DNA of 64,000 nucleotides, taken from Deltaproteobacteria bacterium (GTDB taxonomy: Bacteria; UBA10199; JACPAL01). Within the stretch, counting starts at the first letter, position 1, and every line of letters starts with the position of its first letter. Below, piece by piece: positions 57,157 to 64,000 of the stretch. A program made the translations under genes and the position numbers. Below the pieces are notes generated by a model, which ran no database searches, was not told where the DNA came from, and saw nothing but the letters and a program-made list of their open reading frames with translations. The stretch lies in the NCBI GenBank assembly GCA_016180845.1, contig JACPAK010000001.1, positions 673,707 through 737,706 on the forward strand. Reading direction: 5' to 3'.

Positions 57157-58333
57157 ATTTGGAACAAGGATAAAGACTATTTTTGAGACCCTCTAGATGT
57201 TTTTGCCGATAAGAATTCATGACTTCTCCTTGCCAAATCGAAGCGATCGTCGTTTCCCCCGAAATCCTTCCTGGAGAGAGGAGGCTTTTATAGTCTGAAT
57301 CACAGGGGTTTATTTGGCCATCCCACCATACGTAGAGCCTTTCCCAGAAAAGACTGCATGGATCTGTTGATTCAACAAGGTCCAGATTATAGATGTCGAG
57401 CCGTTGCATACCTCCTTTGACAGCGAATTCATCAACAAGATCACTCCAAAAAGCATGTGCCTTCTCTGTATCTTGCTGTGGGTTAATGAGGACCATTGAA
57501 ATTCGCGTTCTCACCCGCGAGTGCGGAAATTCGTTGGCTCGGATCTGATTAAATTGGCGAATGTTTGATACAATCTGATTAAAATCAGCACCAATTCGAA
57601 TCGCTTCGAATTCCTCTTTATGACTCGAGTCGACCGAAAAAATGAGCACATTAGGTTCGATTTCAAGAAGCTTTCTAGCCCGTTCGGCCGTTAGCTTGGT
57701 GGCGTTTGTGTTGATCTTGATATCCAAAATCCCTTTTTTCTTGGTATAAGCAACCATTTCCGTGAAGCGCGGATGAAGAAGAGGTTCTCCTCGGCTGGCA
57801 AGAACGACTGAGGCGCAATGTGCCTCTGCAGCTTCGTCGATGATTCGCTGATAGAGGTTGAAGTCCATCAAGCCCATTTGCTTCTTATCTCGAGTAAACG
57901 TTTCATCGGCTTGGAAGCACATCACACATCGGAGATTACAAATGCTTGTAGGCTCCACTGCGAGGACAATAGGGAACGAATTCAGCTTTCGTTCTCGAGG
58001 GTAGTTTTTAAATTTATATCGGTAAACCAGATAACGCAGGACATCGAAATCCGAATCGTACTGACCGGCATTAAGAATCTCAGTTGAAGAGAAGGTAGTT
58101 GGTTTGTCCAGAGGAGAGCGACCTTCATGATTATTAGACGGGTCAATGCGCTTTAAGTATTTCGCAATCTCTTCTAGTTCCTCGAGTGTGCATTTGTAAT
58201 CGCGCTCGGTCCTTTGTGCAAGTGCCTGGGCAACGATACGTTGTAGACGCGATAACAGAGGACCATGGGACTCTTGTTGATAGCGTGCGCAGGAAAAGGT
58301 GTGTTTTTTCGCGTAGTTATAATCTATCTGCAT
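57137..58333 (-). CDS. Radical SAM enzyme with a C-terminal Cys-rich (SPASM/twitch-like) region
   Basis: CNLRCVMC is the radical-SAM cluster motif. Additional C-terminal cysteines are present (CDSDYK...CSKCDGYC). Confidence 0.75.
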   Translation of the reverse strand: MQIDYNYAKKHTFSCARYQQESHGPLLSRLQRIVAQALAQRTERDYKCTLEELEEIAKYLKRIDPSNNHEGRSPLDKPTTFSSTEILNAGQYDSDFDVLRYLVYRYKFKNYPRERKLNSFPIVLAVEPTSICNLRCVMCFQADETFTRDKKQMGLMDFNLYQRIIDEAAEAHCASVVLASRGEPLLHPRFTEMVAYTKKKGILDIKINTNATKLTAERARKLLEIEPNVLIFSVDSSHKEEFEAIRIGADFNQIVSNIRQFNQIRANEFPHSRVRTRISMVLINPQQDTEKAHAFWSDLVDEFAVKGGMQRLDIYNLDLVESTDPCSLFWERLYVWWDGQINPCDSDYKSLLSPGRISGETTIASIWQGEVMNSYRQKHLEGLKNSLYPCSKCDGYCL

Positions 58334-59349
58334 GAACCCTCCGCCTTCAGGTAGTCTTCAAAGAAGATTTTTTTTGAATTACGGTTCGCCTCCAGCGCTG
58401 CGTGCACGAAGGCAACAGCTCGTAAGCCTTCTGAATACCCAGTCTCTGGTTTTTGGCCTTCTGCAATACATCTCAGAAATTCGTCAGATTCCCCGGTTAA
58501 AAGATCGTCTTCTTCAACTTCTTGACTGTGGAGGGGAGAGGGCTTCCGATCAATGTCTCTCCCAATCCGATAATAGACACGGTTCTCAAAACCATCCCAC
58601 CAGGCAATGCCTTCAGTCCCCGCCACCCACACCCTAGAGAAAGAAGGAACAATGTAGTGATTTGCGACAGAGGCTGTGGCACCCGAATTCATTTCGATGA
58701 GGTGACTTGTCGTGTCCTCCGCCTCAGTGGCCGCATAAAGTTTGTGAACCCTACTTTGGACAGTCTTAACAGAACCTCCCAGATATTCAAGCACGTCGAA
58801 GGCGTGTGTTCCTAGCATTGAAAGTGGGCCTCCAGGGCAAAGAGAGGCGTTCCAACGCCACTGATTGGGTTGAAAGTTAAATCCTCCGCCGTGAGAGAAG
58901 TGGATTTCAAAGCTCACGGGCGATCCCAATTGACCACTGGCAAGCATTTTTTTTAGAAGCCGGATGCCTTTTTTTCTTCGGTAGTTATGCCCCACCATAA
59001 AAACCTTTTGGAAGTTGGCCAGATCTTTTTGTAAGGCGAGACCTTCCTGAAGTCTTAAGACCATCGGTTTTTCGACGAAAACATGTTTTCCCGATCTGAT
59101 CGCTGCTTGAATCTGTTCAAAGTGGAGAGGGGTTGGCGTTGAAATGACGACCGCTTCTACGTTGAGGTCTTCTAAAATTTCCTCAAAACTTCGGGATGGC
59201 TTGCAACCTAGATTTTTCGCCGCTTCTTCACAAACTAGCTTGTCTGGATGGAAACAACGTGAGAGCACAGCCTTAGGGTTCTTCAGGAATGATCTTGCTC
59301 TTTTTTCTCCGAAGCCTCGTACTCCCACAAGTCCAATGGATATAGTCAT
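58324..59349 (-). CDS. Gfo/Idh/MocA-family oxidoreductase
   Basis: SIGLVGVRGFG and HVFVEKPM. Confidence 0.8.
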   Translation of the reverse strand: MTISIGLVGVRGFGEKRARSFLKNPKAVLSRCFHPDKLVCEEAAKNLGCKPSRSFEEILEDLNVEAVVISTPTPLHFEQIQAAIRSGKHVFVEKPMVLRLQEGLALQKDLANFQKVFMVGHNYRRKKGIRLLKKMLASGQLGSPVSFEIHFSHGGGFNFQPNQWRWNASLCPGGPLSMLGTHAFDVLEYLGGSVKTVQSRVHKLYAATEAEDTTSHLIEMNSGATASVANHYIVPSFSRVWVAGTEGIAWWDGFENRVYYRIGRDIDRKPSPLHSQEVEEDDLLTGESDEFLRCIAEGQKPETGYSEGLRAVAFVHAALEANRNSKKIFFEDYLKAEGSCR

Positions 59350-59360
59350 ATTAGTTTTGC

Positions 59361-60776
59361 TTAGTTTGCCTGATTTATCAAAGTCTGGACAACTCGATTC
59401 GCCGCTTTCCCATCCGTACCAAATGGATCTAGAGTGCAGACAAGCTGTTTGCGATTCTCTGAATCTTGCGAGGGGTCCTCGAGATAACTCCTGATCTGTT
59501 CTTCAAGCTCAAGGGGTGATTTGGCGAGACGAACAGCCCCGCTATTCATGACCGGTTGGTAGTGAGAGAAATCATAATGCATTCGAACTGATGAATAATA
59601 GGGGGCATTTTGATATCCATCAAAACCGATACAAATAATCGGTTTGTTGAGAACTGCCGCATCCAGTGAGGTCGTTGAGGCTACGTTGATCAATATATCA
59701 CAGTGATAGATTGATTCTGCGAGATCTTGTTGGTCGGACTTGTTCCAACCTCCTCGATGTCGGAATGCCGAATAAGCTGGACTTGGGTTTTGTACATAAA
59801 TTTCTGGAAATCGGGATTTTAGTTCTTCGAGAAAAGACATCTTCTCTCCTGGATGAGCGCGTATCAAAAGCTGGACAGGGTCTCGAAAAGAATTGGAGCG
59901 GAGAATTTTAATCAACATTTCCAAGACCTCTTCCTGCCGAGGCATGAGATTAAGAGAGGGTAACGCAAAGAGAATTAATTTTTTGGAGGGGTCCGCCCCT
60001 ATTGATTGAAAAAATGAAATTCGTGAAGAGAATGAGCCATTGCAATAATGGTCCATCTGGGGGATGCCGACAACAGAGGCCTGATTTTCTTGATAACCGT
60101 AGTAGCTTCGGAGCTCTTCTTTTTGAAGAAAGTTCCAGACAATGAGATGATCATATTGGACAGGGGGTAATCTGCCTGGTTTTCTAGAAAACGGAAGACG
60201 AAAACCTGATTTGGTCGTTAAATTATCCCAACTGTGAACCATGCCGACCAAAGGAATTCCCATCTGCTTCACACTAAAAGCTAGGGGATATTCTTCCAAG
60301 GCGAGGATATGGGTCTGAAAGACGAGATCAGGCTTCTTCTCCCTCAAGATTTTCAGGAAATGATCCTTTGTCGCAAGACATTCTTGGAGTTTCCTGAGAC
60401 AGAAAACGAGGTAAGGAGAACGAACAGTGATGGCTCCGATCACGTGGCGGATAAAATAACTGAGCCGATTTTCTTCCTTGAGGGTCTGGGCGAGCAGCTG
60501 AAAGGTGTGGATCTTGCTCTTTTGTGTAAAATAGGGTCCCTCCACATAGTCGAGCAGAAAGCGGTAAGCCTTAAAAAAGATATTATAATTCTTCGGAAAA
60601 TCTAGGAGATCAACACCTGGTCTTGAAAATTCGCCAAGAAAACTACGATCCTGATAAAAAGGGGTTAATAGAGTGATGTCAAAGACCCGAGTCAGTTCTT
60701 CGTAGATTTGAGAACGCAAGATATTCCGTGCGGACATTCCATAGGGGAGGCTGATCAGTATTTTTTTTCTATTCAT
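59361..60776 (-). CDS. Hypothetical GT-B-like transferase, paralog of 54707..56143
   Basis: It has the same conserved blocks as 54707..56143. Confidence 0.5.
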   Translation of the reverse strand: MNRKKILISLPYGMSARNILRSQIYEELTRVFDITLLTPFYQDRSFLGEFSRPGVDLLDFPKNYNIFFKAYRFLLDYVEGPYFTQKSKIHTFQLLAQTLKEENRLSYFIRHVIGAITVRSPYLVFCLRKLQECLATKDHFLKILREKKPDLVFQTHILALEEYPLAFSVKQMGIPLVGMVHSWDNLTTKSGFRLPFSRKPGRLPPVQYDHLIVWNFLQKEELRSYYGYQENQASVVGIPQMDHYCNGSFSSRISFFQSIGADPSKKLILFALPSLNLMPRQEEVLEMLIKILRSNSFRDPVQLLIRAHPGEKMSFLEELKSRFPEIYVQNPSPAYSAFRHRGGWNKSDQQDLAESIYHCDILINVASTTSLDAAVLNKPIICIGFDGYQNAPYYSSVRMHYDFSHYQPVMNSGAVRLAKSPLELEEQIRSYLEDPSQDSENRKQLVCTLDPFGTDGKAANRVVQTLINQAN

Positions 60777-60779
60777 TTT

Positions 60780-62099
60780 TTACCGAAAGGATGTTGCCGA
60801 ACCCAACAGGCTTTTCAACAAGTTTTTGTAAGCTTCCCAATCGCTTTTCCTAGGGGCAATCATAAATTGCCATCGAAAGTTGGCTCCTCGTAAAAAGAGG
60901 ATGCCTAATCCAAAAGAACAGACGGTAAAAGAGACGAGAGAAACGAAGGCAGCACCCACGATTCCATGGGAAGGAATCAAAAGTAGATTCAAGACAACAT
61001 TGATCATGAGCGAGATCGAGTACATGATTAAAGAAAGCCCTGGCTTTCCTTTGCCAAGGTTGTGGTTATGAAGCAAAAGGGCGATGCCAAAAATGGACCA
61101 GGCAATGACCTGGAGATGGAAGGAAGGAAGTAGAGGGATGTACGCCTTCATAAATCCCCTTATCGTTATTTCAACCACCAACGAAAAAGGGATGAGTAAT
61201 AGCGCTAGAATGGTTATCGAATGTCGACAGGTGTCTGCGGTCAAGACCTTGGCCTTTTCGGCCGTTTCTGCCCGGGCTGCCTTGACATAGAGAAGGGAAG
61301 CTATCGCCGTCGGGATCTTGTAAATGATCTGGGCAAAGGTCGTTGACAGCGTGTAAAGACCAACCTCTCGTGGCGTGAGAAATAGCCCAATCAGAAGAAT
61401 ATCTGCGCGATATTGTGCGAAGTGAATCACCGCCGGAAGATAGGTGTTGATGCCGTAACGAATCAGTGTTTTTTGAATTGGAAAATCAAAGTGAAAATTC
61501 AGATACCCACTTCGATAAAGGATGATCCCTCCACAAAGACTTCCCACGCAATACGCAATTGTCGGTCCCATAATAATGAGGAAGAGATTCTGGCCAAACC
61601 AAAGAATTGATATGAGGATCAATACCTGTCCGAGTAAAGGAGATCCAAAGTTCAAGATATTGTAGGCCCATATCTTTTCGGCAAAAAGCATGTTTTTCAT
61701 GAAGGCGCGAAAGAGGAAGAGGGGAGGGATGCTCAGGAGAACCGCCCAAAAGATTGGTTGATCAACAACCATCCCCTTCAACAACTGTTTCACATAAACC
61801 CCTTTGAAGACCAAAAAGGTGCCGATGGCGATGACACTGAAACAAAGAACGAGGAAGCAGGCATTAAAGAAAACAACACCAATTTTTTTCTGATTCTGAC
61901 TTCCAATATAGGTTGAGCCGTCATCGACTCCGAGCCGGAAAAATTTTTCCGCGTATTGGGGAATCAACTGAATCAGGGTGACTACCCCGAACAGAGAAGG
62001 GCCAAGAAGAGTTGCATAGACGCTCTTAATGACGAGATGAGTCCCTTCTAAGACAACGTCAGCGGAGAGAATCGAGATGACTTGTTTGGCGAATTTCAT
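60780..62099 (-). CDS. wzx: Polysaccharide biosynthesis protein / Wzx-type flippase (MOP superfamily)
   Basis: A 439-aa protein with 12 or more transmembrane helices in a glycan cluster, next to the polymerase. Confidence 0.65.
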   Translation of the reverse strand: MKFAKQVISILSADVVLEGTHLVIKSVYATLLGPSLFGVVTLIQLIPQYAEKFFRLGVDDGSTYIGSQNQKKIGVVFFNACFLVLCFSVIAIGTFLVFKGVYVKQLLKGMVVDQPIFWAVLLSIPPLFLFRAFMKNMLFAEKIWAYNILNFGSPLLGQVLILISILWFGQNLFLIIMGPTIAYCVGSLCGGIILYRSGYLNFHFDFPIQKTLIRYGINTYLPAVIHFAQYRADILLIGLFLTPREVGLYTLSTTFAQIIYKIPTAIASLLYVKAARAETAEKAKVLTADTCRHSITILALLLIPFSLVVEITIRGFMKAYIPLLPSFHLQVIAWSIFGIALLLHNHNLGKGKPGLSLIMYSISLMINVVLNLLLIPSHGIVGAAFVSLVSFTVCSFGLGILFLRGANFRWQFMIAPRKSDWEAYKNLLKSLLGSATSFR

Positions 62100-63432
62100 C
62101 TTTTTCCGGATTTAGCTTATTAAGAGAAAGTGTGAGTCCAAAGAAGGTTGCGATATAAAACATCCACTGGAGGCTCCATAAGGAGCGCATGCTGTTTGCG
62201 ATAGCAGAAGAGCCGCAGAATAGAGCAATGGCGACACAGCACAACTGACGATAGGGAAGGTAATCCCGGAATTTCTTCCTTAAACGGAAGAATTCTTTTA
62301 TGAGAAGAAATTGGAATGTGACATAGGCGATGAGAGGGACCAGACCATAACTGTAGAGAAGTTCGAAGTAGTCGTTGTGGGCCCCTTTCCCCCATGTGAT
62401 ACTCCTCACCGCATTCAATCCTCGGCCGAAAAGCTTTTGCATCAAGTTCCCTTCGAACCAACCTTTGACAGCTAAGGTCCAGATAAGAAGACGATGATAG
62501 ATCGATGATTCGCCTCCAGTGGCCCCCAGATCGAAATCTGCCAGCTTGATCTTGATCATTCCTGTGCTGATGGTTAATATCCACAAGACAGATAGAATGG
62601 ATATGGACACGATGACTTTTTTCATCGAGGGATAGATGAGGAGGTAAGTGGACAGAAGGAGTACTATGACCGCTATGAGGCTTGCCCTATGATAGGTTCT
62701 ATAAATGAAATAGATAGAAGTCATAATCAAGGCAAGATAAAAAAACCATGACCAAGTCCTCTTCTTTTGCCAAAAGAGCATCATGAGTGGAAAGACGAAT
62801 ATCGAACTCGTGAGTGCGCCGAGATTTGGTGGACTGTGGAACCAGCCCTGAATATCCTTTAATCCGGCGACATGAGCAGACATGACTCCATAATAGGCCC
62901 CTACCTTATAGCCGGTGAGGAGAGAATGAATGCCTCCGGCAAGCGGGATCAAAGAGGCAAGAAAGCCAGCAAAGATAAAGAGACGGATGTCCCGCTCATC
63001 GCGGATAAGTTGGGGGAAGATGATCAGAAAAAGCATCCAACTGGCAGGGCGGAGAAGATCGGGATAGGCTGGGATTTCTGCACTTGACCTAAAGATCCCG
63101 ATCGAGAGAGCCAGGATAAAACAAATCGCTGCAATGTCGTAAGAACGAAGCTTGATTTTCTTTTGAATGAGAAGAATTATCAGCGTAAAGAGGGAAAGGC
63201 CGAAGAGGAGAACTCCCGAAACCTCGGTGAGTTCTATCGTGGCTGCTGTGTTGTATCCGGTTGCCACACTACTGGCAGTTAGTTGGGCCGGGTCGCCAGA
63301 CAGTGGGAAAAAGGGACCGACGGCATCAATAATGGTTCGGAGAAGAACGAGAAACAGGATTGCCAGGCGTGTGGAATAGACCCATAGCATCATAAAAGCT
63401 GCACAAAAAGAAAAGGCAAGTATGAAGGACAT
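62059..63432 (-). CDS. O-antigen polymerase/ligase-like membrane protein (Wzy/WaaL family)
   Basis: It is polytopic and has the GKGAHNDYFELLYSYG motif (Wzy_C-like). The start at ATG 63432 gives an ATGA overlap with the upstream gene. The listed 63666 start adds a non-hydrophobic leader and overlaps the upstream gene by 235 nt. Confidence 0.65.
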   Translation of the reverse strand: MSFILAFSFCAAFMMLWVYSTRLAILFLVLLRTIIDAVGPFFPLSGDPAQLTASSVATGYNTAATIELTEVSGVLLFGLSLFTLIILLIQKKIKLRSYDIAAICFILALSIGIFRSSAEIPAYPDLLRPASWMLFLIIFPQLIRDERDIRLFIFAGFLASLIPLAGGIHSLLTGYKVGAYYGVMSAHVAGLKDIQGWFHSPPNLGALTSSIFVFPLMMLFWQKKRTWSWFFYLALIMTSIYFIYRTYHRASLIAVIVLLLSTYLLIYPSMKKVIVSISILSVLWILTISTGMIKIKLADFDLGATGGESSIYHRLLIWTLAVKGWFEGNLMQKLFGRGLNAVRSITWGKGAHNDYFELLYSYGLVPLIAYVTFQFLLIKEFFRLRKKFRDYLPYRQLCCVAIALFCGSSAIANSMRSLWSLQWMFYIATFFGLTLSLNKLNPEKDEIRQTSHLDSLR

Positions 63433-63434
63433 CA

Positions 63435-63986
63435 GGAAATCACTTTCTTGTTGAGCCGCTCTTTCAGATGAAGGAGAGAATAGGCCATCAGCAAAAGAAA
63501 GACCCAGTGAATTGGGGTCATATACCGTCCTTCCATTCGAATTGGAATAAGGACTAGCATGAAATAGAGTGGAAGGCTTCCAAGTAATAACCCATATCGC
63601 CTGTTGGTTCGCCACATAAGAAGAAGACCATAAATTGCGAAGACAAGAATGACAAGGTCCAAACACTTAGTCAGGAGGAAGCCAGGATTTTCACGGAGCA
63701 TAAAGAGCGCATATTGAATGAGACTCATATCTCTACCTGTCTTCAGATGAAACGTGTGATACTCAAGATTTTTCTTTTGAAAGATTCCCCAGTGGACTCG
63801 ATTAACAATGAGCGCCCGAGGAATTCGTCGAAAAATAGTTCCAAGATACCACCAGGGATGTTTCTGGAGCGCCTCGACGACCTTTGGTTTGAGAAAATCC
63901 TCGTATTCTATCGAGGCAAACTCCCCCTGATATCCGGCGGCTCTCATCTGCTTTTCCGTCAACGCGTCATGATTGATTGCCCCCAT
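63435..63986 (-). CDS. Hypothetical membrane-anchored protein. Possibly N-terminally truncated by the window edge.
   Basis: An ORF with a C-terminal transmembrane helix. The reading frame is open to the right edge. Confidence 0.45.
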
Positions 63987-64000
63987 GGGATTTGGAAATT

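Noticed and set aside
63435-63666. A 78-aa N-terminal extension of the Wzy-like gene
   Set aside because: It is non-hydrophobic and overlaps the upstream gene by 235 nt. An internal ATG at 63432 makes a standard 4-nt overlap.

Overview
This is a bacterial chromosomal window with moderate GC, and almost all of it is coding. From left to right it holds the following. (1) A giant hypothetical gene on the minus strand at 1..4114. It runs off the left edge, which is why it is missing from the supplied ORF track, and it has a TTG start with a strong GGAGGT ribosome-binding site. (2) An overlapping vapB/vapC toxin-antitoxin pair and a secreted 579-aa protein. (3) A conserved housekeeping block: ispE, tRNA-Gln, prs, rplY/ctc, pth, rpsF, rpsR, a DUF2232-like membrane protein, rplI, dnaB and rdgB. 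(4) Cell-envelope proteins: a Ser/Thr-rich protein with three Ig-like repeats, and an OmpA-family protein with four unusual Cys/His/Asp-rich repeats. (5) A long acyl-CoA dehydrogenase, tRNA-Pro(UGG), a small Rieske protein, an AGCS sodium:amino-acid symporter, and a sulfur/redox mini-cluster of MBL-fold hydrolase, peroxiredoxin and a rhodanese-ThiF (MoeZ-like) protein. (6) A tight four-gene operon of uncharacterised genes on the minus strand at 25494..32995. It contains a 1245-aa Pro/Ala-repeat protein with an internal OmpA-like motif and a TonB-C-like end, a TPR-like protein, a single-pass membrane protein and a 307-aa protein. It is transcribed divergently from a giant thrombospondin-type-3 calcium-binding repeat protein across an intergenic region that carries an 18-bp perfect palindrome. 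This is my best candidate for an undescribed envelope-associated system. (7) A ~28-kb polysaccharide gene cluster on the minus strand at 35815..63986. It includes galU, manC, a heptose module (gmhA, hddA), a transaldolase-family enzyme, SDR epimerases, a priming sugar transferase, a WecB/TagA-like glycosyltransferase, a sugar N-formyltransferase, a GT9 heptosyltransferase, an FkbM methyltransferase, two radical-SAM enzymes (one B12-binding, one SPASM), three Gfo/Idh/MocA oxidoreductases (one fused to a zinc-ADH domain), a paralogous pair of GT-B-like proteins, a Wzx flippase and a Wzy/ligase-like polymerase. A REP-like double-hairpin element is inserted in-frame in ispE, and a second copy lies just after dnaB. 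Many of the short ORFs in the six-frame track are antisense or out-of-frame shadows of these genes.
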